A DNA stretch of 54,017 nucleotides, from contig JAHQWG010000009.1 in assembly GCA_029856045.1 (NCBI GenBank), forward strand, positions 1-54,017, in the 5' to 3' direction. The stretch is from Promethearchaeia archaeon. Its GTDB lineage: Archaea > Asgardarchaeota > Lokiarchaeia > Sigyniarchaeales > SOKP01. The position numbers were made by a program, and so were the translations under genes. Below the pieces are notes generated by a model. It ran no database searches and was not told the DNA's origin. It worked only from the letters and a program-made list of their open reading frames with translations. Below, in pieces: positions 29,622 to 39,061 of this stretch (position 1 is the first letter of the stretch; every line of letters begins with the position of its first letter).

Positions 29622-30659
29622 TTAACGCTCCTTATACATTTTTTCATAATATTTGAGGTATTCTTCATTGATTATATGTTCTAACCAATCCTGATTTTGT
29701 AAATACCATTGCACTGTATATTTTAATCCATCTTCAATATTGGTTTTTGGTTCCCAAGATAACTCACTTTTGATTTTATTAAAATTAATAGCATATCTTA
29801 AATCATGTCCAGGTCGGTCTTTTACAAATTTTATTAGAGTTTCTGGTTTATTTAAAACGGATAAAAGCTCTTTAACTAAACTTAAATTTGAAATTTCAGA
29901 ATTCCCTCCAATATTATAGATCTCTCCAGGAATTCCATGCTTTAAAACTAAATATATTGCTTCGCAATGGTCTTCTACAAAAATCCAATCTCTAATATTT
30001 TGTCCAGTTCCATAAATTGGCAATTCTTGATTATTCATCGCGTTGTTGATTATTAAAGGAATTAATTTTTCCGGAAATTGATAAGGACCATAATTATTTG
30101 AACAACGGGTGATATTAATCGGCAAATTGAAAGTTTTAAAATATGATCGGACGATTAAATCCGCCGATGCTTTACTTGCAGAATAAGGACTATTTGGTTT
30201 TAATAGTAAGTCTTCAGTAAAGGCAGGGTCTTTAAAATTTAACGATCCATAGACTTCATCGGTCGAAATTTGGATAAATTTTTTAATTTTTAATTTTTTT
30301 GCAATATTCAATAATGATTGAGTTCCTAAGATATTTGTTTTTATGAAAATATCTGGATTGTCAATAGATCTGTCTACATGTGATTCTGCCGCAAAATTTA
30401 TAATATAATCGACCTTTTCATTCTTTGCGACTTCTAGGATATGATCAAAATCGCAAATATCATATTTATAAAATTTATATAAATTTTCATCAAATCGTTC
30501 TAATTCTCTCAAATTTTCGGGATTTCCTGCATAAGTTAAATAATCTATATTAATTACTTTATACTCTTTTTTATTTTTTAATAAATAATGAACAAAATTG
30601 CTTCCGATAAATCCCATGCCCCCAGTAATTAAAATAGATTCCATTTTTTCATACTCCAA
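29622..30659 (-). CDS. rfbB: dTDP-glucose 4,6-dehydratase
   Basis: TGGMGFIGSNF, LTYAGN, FAAESHVDRSI, STDEVYG, PNSPYSASKAS, RCSNNYGPYQFPEKLIP, DRPGHDLRY. Confidence 0.95.
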   Translation of the reverse strand: MEYEKMESILITGGMGFIGSNFVHYLLKNKKEYKVINIDYLTYAGNPENLRELERFDENLYKFYKYDICDFDHILEVAKNEKVDYIINFAAESHVDRSIDNPDIFIKTNILGTQSLLNIAKKLKIKKFIQISTDEVYGSLNFKDPAFTEDLLLKPNSPYSASKASADLIVRSYFKTFNLPINITRCSNNYGPYQFPEKLIPLIINNAMNNQELPIYGTGQNIRDWIFVEDHCEAIYLVLKHGIPGEIYNIGGNSEISNLSLVKELLSVLNKPETLIKFVKDRPGHDLRYAINFNKIKSELSWEPKTNIEDGLKYTVQWYLQNQDWLEHIINEEYLKYYEKMYKER

Positions 30660-30670
30660 ATATTAAATTT

Positions 30671-31135
30671 CTAACCCATTTTAATTTCCCAATCATAATC
30701 TATTTCGTTAGTATCGTATGGTAGTCTATATTCATCTGGATTATCATAATTGTAAAGTTCCGTTGGACAATTTAGAATTAATGTTTCTTTTCCCCCAATA
30801 GCTTTAAATCCATGCCAAACATGATTGGGAATAGTTAATAATATCAGATTTTTCTCCCCCATAAAAAATTCATTTATTTTCTTATATGTGGAAGAATCTT
30901 TTCGGTTATCACATAAAACAACTTTTGCATTACCTTTAATACAAACAAAGTAATCAGTTTGAATTTTATGATAATGCCACGCTTTAACTACATTCGGATA
31001 GGCTACCGTAATATAGGCTTGTCCAAATTTTTTAAAAATTGACCAATCTGACCTAAAACATTCCATTAAATAGCCTCTTTCATCTAAAATGGAGTTTAAC
31101 TTTTTTACTTCTACTCCTTCTATTAAATCGACCAT
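30671..31135 (-). CDS. rfbC: dTDP-4-dehydrorhamnose 3,5-epimerase
   Basis: DERGYLME, VVKAWHYH..QTD, DNRKDSST, WHGF; lies inside the rml operon. Confidence 0.9.
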   Translation of the reverse strand: MVDLIEGVEVKKLNSILDERGYLMECFRSDWSIFKKFGQAYITVAYPNVVKAWHYHKIQTDYFVCIKGNAKVVLCDNRKDSSTYKKINEFFMGEKNLILLTIPNHVWHGFKAIGGKETLILNCPTELYNYDNPDEYRLPYDTNEIDYDWEIKMG

Positions 31136-31169
31136 AAATATTTTCCCTTTCTTTTTAATATTACTTAAT

Positions 31170-31943
31170 TTATTCTTTTTTTAATTGATTTTTTATAAAA
31201 TTGCTACATTTCAATAAAGTCTTAAAAGTTCCTGCATCAGACCAAAATCCTTTAAAAATTTTAGATTTTGTATTTCGCTTTTTAATATAATAATTATTAA
31301 CATCGGTTATTTCTAATTCTCCTCTTGATGAATAGCCAATCTCCTTAATTACATTTTGAATAATATTAAAAATTTTCTCATCATAAAAATATAACCCAGT
31401 AACGCATAAGTTTGATTTTGGTTCTTTGGGTTTCTCTTCAATATTAAGAATTTTCCCATCTTCATCGATTTCTGCAACACCAAATCGTTCAGGGTCAGGT
31501 ACTTCCTTTAAAAATAGCATACATTCCCAATCATTGGATTTTTCAAATTTTTGAACTTCTTCTTTAAAATTATCTTCAAAGATATTATCACCTAATATAA
31601 CAGCGATTTTATGACCCTTTACAATATTTTTTGTTAAATTTAATGCCTCAGCAATTCCACCAGCACCTTCTTGGTAAACATAACTAAATTTTGCCCCAAA
31701 TTCTTTTCCATCACCTAGTAATCTAATGAAATCTCCAACGCTTTCTCCACCTAAGACAATTACGATATCATATATTCCTGAATTAGTTAAAGTTTTTATT
31801 GCTTTATATATCATAGGTTCATTATATACCGCTAATAGATGCTTATTGGTAACTTTTGTTAATGGAGACAGACGAGATCCAGTTCCACCAGCTAATATTA
31901 CTCCTTTAATTTTTCTCACTATTTTTACTTTATCTTTTAACAA
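31170..31943 (-). CDS. rfbA: Glucose-1-phosphate thymidylyltransferase (short form)
   Basis: GVILAGGTGSRL.PLT...NKHLL, LGDN, RFGVAE, EEKP, GELEITD, WSDAGT. Confidence 0.9.
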   Translation of the reverse strand: MLKDKVKIVRKIKGVILAGGTGSRLSPLTKVTNKHLLAVYNEPMIYKAIKTLTNSGIYDIVIVLGGESVGDFIRLLGDGKEFGAKFSYVYQEGAGGIAEALNLTKNIVKGHKIAVILGDNIFEDNFKEEVQKFEKSNDWECMLFLKEVPDPERFGVAEIDEDGKILNIEEKPKEPKSNLCVTGLYFYDEKIFNIIQNVIKEIGYSSRGELEITDVNNYYIKKRNTKSKIFKGFWSDAGTFKTLLKCSNFIKNQLKKE

Positions 31944-32043
31944 TTACTAATTATTTATAAATAATATATACGGATTTTTATTTAAAAATTAGATAGAAAC
32001 AGATTAATTATAGAGTTATGGAAAATAATGTATTATTATTAAA

Positions 32044-32274
32044 CTATAAGTTGAGGATTTTGAGTATTCTACTATTCAATTCATTATAATAAATTTTTAA
32101 TTTACTAATTTTGCTTAAACTTAATGTATCTTTTTTATTTTTAATTAATGTAATCACTTTTACAATTGATACGTCTTGCAGTTTATTTTCATTTTCGATA
32201 ATATTTTCTTGAAATAAGGCAGGAAAAAAATTAGGAAATTGATTGAAAAGCAATTTTAATTCATTTACTCCCAA
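32044..32274 (-). CDS. Small hypothetical protein; frame open upstream to ~32358
   Basis: Co-oriented between rph and rfbA with protein-like composition; 26 extra in-frame codons back to CTG at 32352; true start uncertain. Confidence 0.45.
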   Translation of the reverse strand: MGVNELKLLFNQFPNFFPALFQENIIENENKLQDVSIVKVITLIKNKKDTLSLSKISKLKIYYNELNSRILKILNL

Positions 32275-32416
32275 ATCTTTTATTAAAATATTCGGATTCT
32301 CTGCATTTTCTAAAAAATCTTGAACTATTTTTAGATTAAGTATATTTTCCAGTTTTTTTCACAAATAAATTCTTATTTAATATAATAAAAAGGAAAAGAA
32401 TATTTTAAAATAATTT

Positions 32417-33151
32417 TTATTTTAAGTTTAAAGCTTTTCGTAGGAGTTCGATTATTTCCTTTATCCCCTTTTTCCCTAGATTTAAAAGATCTAGTAATTG
32501 TTGATGATCAAATGGATTTTTTTCTGCTGTTCCTTGAACCTCAATAAACTTTTCTTGTTCATTCATTATAATATTCATATCTACATCTACTCTTGAATCT
32601 TCTTCGTAATTTAGATCTAAGATTGGATTTCCATCTCTCATTCCTACAGATATCGCAGCAGTAATTATATAATCGGGAAATTTCTGAATTAGACCTTCGT
32701 TATATAAATATCTTATTGCATCAAACACTGCAACAAATCCTCCAGTTATAGATGCACATCTTGTCCCTCCATCTGCTTGGATTACATCACAATCCACTTT
32801 TATTGTTCTTTCTCCTAATTGTCTTAAATTAAAAGCCGCTCTTATACTTCTTCCTATTATTCTTTGGATTTCAATAGTTCTCCCTTTTAAAAACCCTCTT
32901 CTACTTTCTCGATTATTTCTGATTTGTGTTGCTCTCGGAAGCATATTATACTCAGCGGTTATCCAGCCAGAACCTGAATCTTGTAAAAATCTTGGAACAG
33001 ATTCATCAATTGAAGCAGTTATGACTACTTTAGTATTTCCTTGGGAGATCAAAACCGATCCTTCTGGATACATTAGATAATTACGCTCTATTTGTAATTT
33101 ACGTAGGTCATCATTTTTTCTTCCATCAATTCGTTTATCAAATAGTGACAT
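32417..33151 (-). CDS. rph: Ribonuclease PH, bacterial type
   Basis: EGSVL...GNTKV..TAS, GWITAEY.MLPRAT, GRT.EIQR.IGRS.RA, DCDVIQADGGTR.ASITG, DL.YEEDS, EVQGTAE. Confidence 0.9.
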   Translation of the reverse strand: MSLFDKRIDGRKNDDLRKLQIERNYLMYPEGSVLISQGNTKVVITASIDESVPRFLQDSGSGWITAEYNMLPRATQIRNNRESRRGFLKGRTIEIQRIIGRSIRAAFNLRQLGERTIKVDCDVIQADGGTRCASITGGFVAVFDAIRYLYNEGLIQKFPDYIITAAISVGMRDGNPILDLNYEEDSRVDVDMNIIMNEQEKFIEVQGTAEKNPFDHQQLLDLLNLGKKGIKEIIELLRKALNLK

Positions 33152-33295
33152 TTAATATTACCAGAAATGTTCAATTATTTCTTATAAATAACCCTAATCT
33201 TATAATTTTTTACATATTAACAAGTGTATAAAAGGTAGTAAGGTACCAATTAATTAGAAAATTTGATTGAGTGTATATTTTATATGTATAATTAA

Positions 33296-34387
33296 TTATT
33301 TATTTTCAAAAGATTTTGGAACAAAAGATCCTAAAATTTTATACCAGACAGTGATATCTTTCATTTTATTAAGAACTGATTTTATCTTTCTGTCATTTCT
33401 ATGACCTTCAAAATCCAATAAAAAAATGTATTCCCAAAGTCCTTGCCGTCTTGGTCTCGATTCTATTTTCAACAGATTTATATTTTCTTCAGCAAATATT
33501 TTTAAAACTCCATATAATGCACCTGGAATATGTTTTGTAACAAAAATAATAGATGTTTTATAGATATCTGCTAATTCCTTACTTTCTTCCTTGGAAATGA
33601 CTAAAAATCTTGTATAATTAGATGGATTATCTTCTATTCCTCTAGCAACTATTTCTAAATTATTAAGATTTGCTGCGATATCGCTTCCAATTGCAACATT
33701 TTTATTATCACCTAAATTCGTAATTTTTTTTACAGCTTGTGCTGTGGAATTTGTTTTAATAATTTCTGCATTAGGAATATTACTTCTAAGCCAATTTTTA
33801 GTTTGAAATATTGCTTGTGGGTGTGAATATACAGCATTGATTTTATTTATTTGAGTATCTTCAAAGCCTATTAAATTTTGAATTATTCTAATCTCGAATT
33901 CACTATAAATCTTTAAATTTTTTTCAATTAACAAATCTAAAGTTTCTCTTACAGTCCCTTGAAGACTATTTTCAATTGGAAGGACTCCATAATCCACTTT
34001 TTCAGTTTCTATTTGTTTAAAAATATCAACAATAGCATTAGTTTCAATAAATTCAGTTCCAGATTTAGGAAAAAATGTTAAAGCTGCTTTATGAGAATGA
34101 GTTCCTTCTGGACCTAAATAGCCTACTTTTATTATTTTTCCTTGAACTTCCTTACAAGCACTGATGATTTCTTTCCAAATTACTTTAATATTTTTCCTTA
34201 AAAGGAAAGATTTTTTTTGAACGTTCTTAATTACTGTTTTTTCTCTTTCAGGTTGATAAATATTTTTACCTAATTTTTCCTTTTTTTCTCCGATTAATTT
34301 TGAAATTTCAGCCCTTTTTTCTAATAATTCAACGACTTTATCGTCCAATTCGTCAATTAAGGCTCTTAATTTTTTTAAATCTTCCAT
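33296..34387 (-). CDS. pheA: Chorismate mutase / prephenate dehydratase (P-protein)
   Basis: N-terminal AroQ domain (LR..ID.LD...L..R...IG..K...PERE), YLGPEGT, PIENS, SHPQA, NYTRF, ACT domain KIESRP. Confidence 0.93.
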   Translation of the reverse strand: MEDLKKLRALIDELDDKVVELLEKRAEISKLIGEKKEKLGKNIYQPEREKTVIKNVQKKSFLLRKNIKVIWKEIISACKEVQGKIIKVGYLGPEGTHSHKAALTFFPKSGTEFIETNAIVDIFKQIETEKVDYGVLPIENSLQGTVRETLDLLIEKNLKIYSEFEIRIIQNLIGFEDTQINKINAVYSHPQAIFQTKNWLRSNIPNAEIIKTNSTAQAVKKITNLGDNKNVAIGSDIAANLNNLEIVARGIEDNPSNYTRFLVISKEESKELADIYKTSIIFVTKHIPGALYGVLKIFAEENINLLKIESRPRRQGLWEYIFLLDFEGHRNDRKIKSVLNKMKDITVWYKILGSFVPKSFENK

Positions 34388-34402
34388 AATTCTTCCCTTA
34401 TA

Positions 34403-36097
34403 TTATATTAATTGCTTTCCTGGAAATTTATTTATATTCACTTCTAAAGCTGCAACAGGAAATTCTAAATTGAAGTTTAAAATAACTTCTGGGTTAATTT
34501 CCCCAATTATACCAATGGATTCATCATTATATAAAATCTTTCCGACTCTTCCTTCAATATAAGTTGGACTATTTGTTGGTATCACCTTAATTTTTTCATT
34601 AATTCCTAGTGAAATCGTTAAATGATCTAATAAACTCCTAATCTCTGTGAAATTGGAGTTCTCATGGTATGAAGCAGCCGCCAGATGTAGTTCTTGTCTT
34701 GCACCAGTTTCTGTAGATAAATCAAGTTCAATTATTTCTCCTACTTCAAATATTTTAATTGGTTTTTCCTCAGATCTATTAAAGAGTAAATTTTCCATAA
34801 GTACAGGAAGTAAATGTGTCCGAGTAGTATCAAGTTCTTTAGATTTTGGATTTAAAATTTGTATATGGTCTTTTAAGTTATATTCTCTTTTCATAAAATT
34901 ATAATGTCTTTCAGAATTTGTAAGCATAAAATTAACAACTTCTAAATATTGTGCCCCAATCATTATTTTTCTAATCTTATTGCAATAATCTTGAAATGGA
35001 TGAAATTCTCCAATACAACCTTCTCGAATAGTTGTTGGTAGATTAAAATAACCATATCCTATAGCACACTCCTCTACAAAATCTACTTCATGCATAATAT
35101 CCACTCTAAATGCTGGAACCCAGATATCAATCTTACCCTTTTCTCCAGAAGGTTTAGCGTTGAATCGGACTTTTTGAAAACATTTAATCATTTCAGTTTC
35201 ACTTAGATTAACTCCTATATAATCATTAATGTATTTTTTTGATACTGTCCACTTCATTAACTTTAAATCGGGTGTTATAATTTGCCTTCCATCTTCATTA
35301 TAATTTACTTTAACACTTTCTATTTTTGCGCCCATATCTGACAATGTTGTAGAAAGAATGTTTAGAGTATAATTAATCGCTCTAAAATCAGTTCCCGTTA
35401 TATCAATAAATAAATTTTTAGTATCATCAGTTACCATTGTAAGAATCCCATTAATTATTGGAGGAAAGGATATAACTTCATTATTCTTATCGAATATTAT
35501 TGGATATACTTCTTTACCTTCTAAGATATGTGCATATTTGATTCCTTTTGGATGTTCCTCTAAAATTTCAGCTGGAGTTAATTCAAAGTGTTCCAGTTGT
35601 AATGCACGAAATTTACAACTATCCGGTTTAACTGCTGTGTAAAGGTATGGAGGAACAATTTTATCTAAATCATGCACACCTATTGCAACTTTTTTCCTAT
35701 CTCTACCAAGAGCCCAATGCAAGTCTTCTTGAATATTCATTAAAGTTGCAACTTCATCCTCATCTAAATCAATATTCCTAATGACACCCCCAACTATAAA
35801 GGGTCTAACTTTATTAACTACGGGATCTACATTGATTTCTAATGATCCCGGATTAACTTTATATATTGGAGCTCCCAATTCTAATTCATAATATCCCTTT
35901 AAAGTTCTGGCGATACCTTCAGGACTGGAAAAATCAGGTCTATTTGGGCTATATTCCACTTTTATTTTATTTTCTTTCTCATTTATGGATTCTAGATCTA
36001 AGCCAATCCATTGAAGATCATACTCAAGATCTTTTATGTTTAATTTTTTTCCTAGTAATCTTTCCAATCTTTCTACTTTCAATTCAAGTGTTGGCAT
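34403..36097 (-). CDS. pheT: Phenylalanyl-tRNA synthetase beta subunit (archaeal type)
   Basis: MPT start at 36097 preceded by AGGAGG; NRPD, QEDLH..GRDRKKVAIGVHD, SFPPIIN, R.DIMHEVD..E..AIGYG, GEINP. Confidence 0.93.
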   Translation of the reverse strand: MPTLELKVERLERLLGKKLNIKDLEYDLQWIGLDLESINEKENKIKVEYSPNRPDFSSPEGIARTLKGYYELELGAPIYKVNPGSLEINVDPVVNKVRPFIVGGVIRNIDLDEDEVATLMNIQEDLHWALGRDRKKVAIGVHDLDKIVPPYLYTAVKPDSCKFRALQLEHFELTPAEILEEHPKGIKYAHILEGKEVYPIIFDKNNEVISFPPIINGILTMVTDDTKNLFIDITGTDFRAINYTLNILSTTLSDMGAKIESVKVNYNEDGRQIITPDLKLMKWTVSKKYINDYIGVNLSETEMIKCFQKVRFNAKPSGEKGKIDIWVPAFRVDIMHEVDFVEECAIGYGYFNLPTTIREGCIGEFHPFQDYCNKIRKIMIGAQYLEVVNFMLTNSERHYNFMKREYNLKDHIQILNPKSKELDTTRTHLLPVLMENLLFNRSEEKPIKIFEVGEIIELDLSTETGARQELHLAAASYHENSNFTEIRSLLDHLTISLGINEKIKVIPTNSPTYIEGRVGKILYNDESIGIIGEINPEVILNFNLEFPVAALEVNINKFPGKQLI

Positions 36098-36111
36098 TTT
36101 GATCCCTCCTT

Positions 36112-37647
36112 TTAATAGGATACCTCCCTTAACCATTTTAATGGATTTCTATATAGATCTCTAATATCTCCCCGCCTATATTTTAACATCGCTAATCTTT
36201 CTAATCCTAACCCCCAAGCCAAAACTCTTGTTGGATCTTTAATTCCCCACGGATAAGTGACTTCTGGCCTGAATATACCTGAACCTCCCATTTCAAGCCA
36301 TTCACCAAATTTTTCAGAATATACTGCAATTTCTAAACTAGGTTCAGTATAAGGGAAGAAACTAGGACGTGTGATTATTTTAGGAAAACCCATTTTTCGA
36401 TAAAACTCCGTTAATAATCCTCTTAAATCACATAAAGTTACGTTCTCATCAATTACAATCCCTTCAATTTGCATAAATTCAGCAAGATGAGAATGATCTA
36501 ATCTTTCATTTCTGAAAACCTTATCAATCGAAAATACTTTTACTGGTGGTTTTTCATTTTCTCGATAAAATTGAGCTAGTCTTCTACAAGTTGTTGCTGT
36601 TGTGTGTGTTCTTAGAACAACTTTTTTTGCAATATCATAACTCCAATCATACCCCCATCCTATTGAACCACAATCTCCTCCATTTTCATGTGTTGCTTTT
36701 ACCGCCTCAACTCGCTCTCTTTCAGGCAATTTAGATTGTTTAGGGTTATTAAGATAAAATGTATCTTGCATTTCTCTTGCTGGATGATCTTGAGGTTGAA
36801 ATAATGCATCAAAATTGAAAAAAGCAGATTCAACAATAGGTCCTTTTATTTCGGTAAATCCCATAGAAAGAAAAATTTCTCTAATTTCATTGATTATATT
36901 AATTAACGGGTGAATCTTTCCCGCATGAATTCTTGGACCTGAAATCGAAACATTGAAAGGTTTTAAATCAATATTTTTCCATTCTCCTGAAGTAAGCATC
37001 TGCGAAGTAATCTTGCTAAATTCTTTTAATATTTCAATTTTCCGCACATCTATTTTTTTACCTTCTGGAGTTAAGAAAATTAATCTTTGAGTCCTTTTTT
37101 CTCGACGGATTAAATTTCTTTTATTCAAAGTCCCAATTAATTCTACTTCTTTCTTAGATAATTTACTTTTATCATTAAAAGGTTTTTTTTCAAATGTTTT
37201 AAGAAAAATCTCCAATTCTGTAGTTGGGAAATCATCTGCAATTATATACACTTTATTTTCACCTGTTGCTTTGCTAGTAGCAATCCATTTATTATGTCTT
37301 AAATTTTGAATTGCTCTATAAAAAGATTTATCATTTAATTCCGATTTGTCTTTTAATTCTGCTATAGATATTTCCTTAATTTTATTTTTAACTAAGTAAT
37401 TTATTAGTTGTCTACTTGGAAGTCCTTTTTTAAGATAATTAAGTCCTTCATCAGTTAAATATAGATAATCGATAGATTTCTCTTTAAAACCTCCCAATTT
37501 AACCTTATCTAAATCATTTACGGCGGACATTAGAATAATATAGTCTATTTTAAGTTCTTTTGCTAATTCTGATGCATCACATTCTATATTTTTTTCTTGA
37601 AGTGTTTTTAAAATTTCTAAGACATTTTGTCTTAATTTAATTCCCAA
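36112..37647 (-). CDS. pheS: Phenylalanyl-tRNA synthetase alpha subunit (archaeal/eukaryotic long type)
   Basis: GKIHP, FNFDALFQPQDHPAREMQDTFY, LRTHTT, VFRNE..D.SHLAEF.Q.EG, FPYTEPS, GSGIFRPEV, WGLGLERLAM. Confidence 0.95.
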   Translation of the reverse strand: MGIKLRQNVLEILKTLQEKNIECDASELAKELKIDYIILMSAVNDLDKVKLGGFKEKSIDYLYLTDEGLNYLKKGLPSRQLINYLVKNKIKEISIAELKDKSELNDKSFYRAIQNLRHNKWIATSKATGENKVYIIADDFPTTELEIFLKTFEKKPFNDKSKLSKKEVELIGTLNKRNLIRREKRTQRLIFLTPEGKKIDVRKIEILKEFSKITSQMLTSGEWKNIDLKPFNVSISGPRIHAGKIHPLINIINEIREIFLSMGFTEIKGPIVESAFFNFDALFQPQDHPAREMQDTFYLNNPKQSKLPERERVEAVKATHENGGDCGSIGWGYDWSYDIAKKVVLRTHTTATTCRRLAQFYRENEKPPVKVFSIDKVFRNERLDHSHLAEFMQIEGIVIDENVTLCDLRGLLTEFYRKMGFPKIITRPSFFPYTEPSLEIAVYSEKFGEWLEMGGSGIFRPEVTYPWGIKDPTRVLAWGLGLERLAMLKYRRGDIRDLYRNPLKWLREVSY

Positions 37648-38037
37648 TTATAAAACCTTATTTTATTTATTTTTTTTCCTATATTTTTTTTAAATCTTTG
37701 ATTTATTTAAATCTTTTGGTGAATATCTCTAAAATATTTAACTAAAATGCCATAAACTTAAATTAGATTATAAAATCACCTCTTTACGTTAAAATTTTTC
37801 ATTATAGAAAATTTTATCCAAAAACTTTCATTTCAAAACTCCCAAGAGAACCTATCAAAGCATGCCTCTTGGGCTAAATAAAGAATAAAGAGGCTAGACT
37901 AAAAATTACTCCAATTATATCGATTCTTAAAAAATTATAACCCTTCTGACTAATCTTTTTCCAACTATTAATTTTTTTAATATTTTAAATCTAGCTAATT
38001 TAAAATTTAAAATAAGATATTATTTTTAAAATTACTT

Positions 38038-38478
38038 TTATTTAAGATTCTTTCTGATATTTGTAGAACTAATTTTTTTACCATTTTTATCTTTGAGTAG
38101 TGATATGATTATAAATATTAGAGGATTCATACCCTTTTCTTCTCTAATTTCATTTATTTTAATTGCATTGGGAAGTGTCTCTAAACTAAATACTAATGCT
38201 TCATAATTTTCATCTTCAATTGGAGGACCATAAGAATCATTTAATTCTATAATTTCAAGCCGGCTTAATTCAGTGAACGATTGAACAAAATTTTCAATAT
38301 TTTGTTTTCTAATTGAATAATCTTGAATTATCTCTTTGTATTGCTTCTTTTGATTCATTTTTTCGGTAGTTAAACCAATTACCAGCTTTTCGGAAACCTT
38401 AAGTGCGGTTTCTATTAAATATTTGTGCCCTTCATGTAAATGATCAAAACATCCACCCATACCTACTCTGGAAAACAT
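38038..38478 (-). CDS. coaD: Phosphopantetheine adenylyltransferase (archaeal/eukaryotic type)
   Basis: GGCFDHLHEGH, IGLT, DSYGP, SLET, INEIR..G..PL, KISSTNIR. Confidence 0.85.
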   Translation of the reverse strand: MFSRVGMGGCFDHLHEGHKYLIETALKVSEKLVIGLTTEKMNQKKQYKEIIQDYSIRKQNIENFVQSFTELSRLEIIELNDSYGPPIEDENYEALVFSLETLPNAIKINEIREEKGMNPLIFIIISLLKDKNGKKISSTNIRKNLK

Positions 38479-38490
38479 ACTTCTTCAAAA

Positions 38491-38874
38491 CTAAGATTTT
38501 TCTTTTTTTATTTTTACTGTGTAAATATCATTAATTTTCATAGAACCATCACATTTTGAACATTTTCCCGCTACTTTAAAAACAAAATCCCCTTCTTCAT
38601 AATCTTGAACTTTTGTATAATCACAAAGATCACATCGAAGTACACATAGAGTTTGAGTTAATGGTTCTTTGGGCCTTTTCTTTACATTTAGAAAAAAAGA
38701 TGCTATACACATTATAGAAACACCTACCCAGAATAGATAAGTCACCCCAAAGACATTTCCAAGGACAAGTATTATAACTCCTATAATTATAAGAATAAAT
38801 ATTAAAATACTCTTTATAATGGATTTTTTGCTTTTTTTCTTGTTTAAAAAATCTTCATCTTCTTCTTCAATCAA
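38491..38874 (-). CDS. Two-TM protein with C-terminal Zn ribbon
   Basis: Two hydrophobic segments followed by CDLC...EGDFVFK...CSKC. Confidence 0.65.
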   Translation of the reverse strand: MIEEEDEDFLNKKKSKKSIIKSILIFILIIIGVIILVLGNVFGVTYLFWVGVSIMCIASFFLNVKKRPKEPLTQTLCVLRCDLCDYTKVQDYEEGDFVFKVAGKCSKCDGSMKINDIYTVKIKKEKS

Positions 38875-39061
38875 TGAGTTCCACTTATGTTCTATATAAA
38901 TTTATCAAAAAACCAAATTTTCTCTTCAAATAATAATTAATAATGAAAAAAAATAAATCTTTAGATTATTTCTTCTTAAATTAAATGAAATATCAAAGTT
39001 TTTATTTTTGATTTTTTTTAAAAATATAATTCTTAAGAGAAAAAATAAAGTCTGATTTATT

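Noticed and set aside
36098-36136. Longer pheT start given in the ORF track (36136)
   Set aside because: Overlaps pheS; the conserved MPT start at 36097 has a well-placed AGGAGG.
37800-37950. SECIS element or T-box riboswitch
   Set aside because: No in-frame UGA selenoprotein candidate in the flanking genes, no clear AUGA/GA quartet, and no T-box AAnnnnGGTGG consensus.
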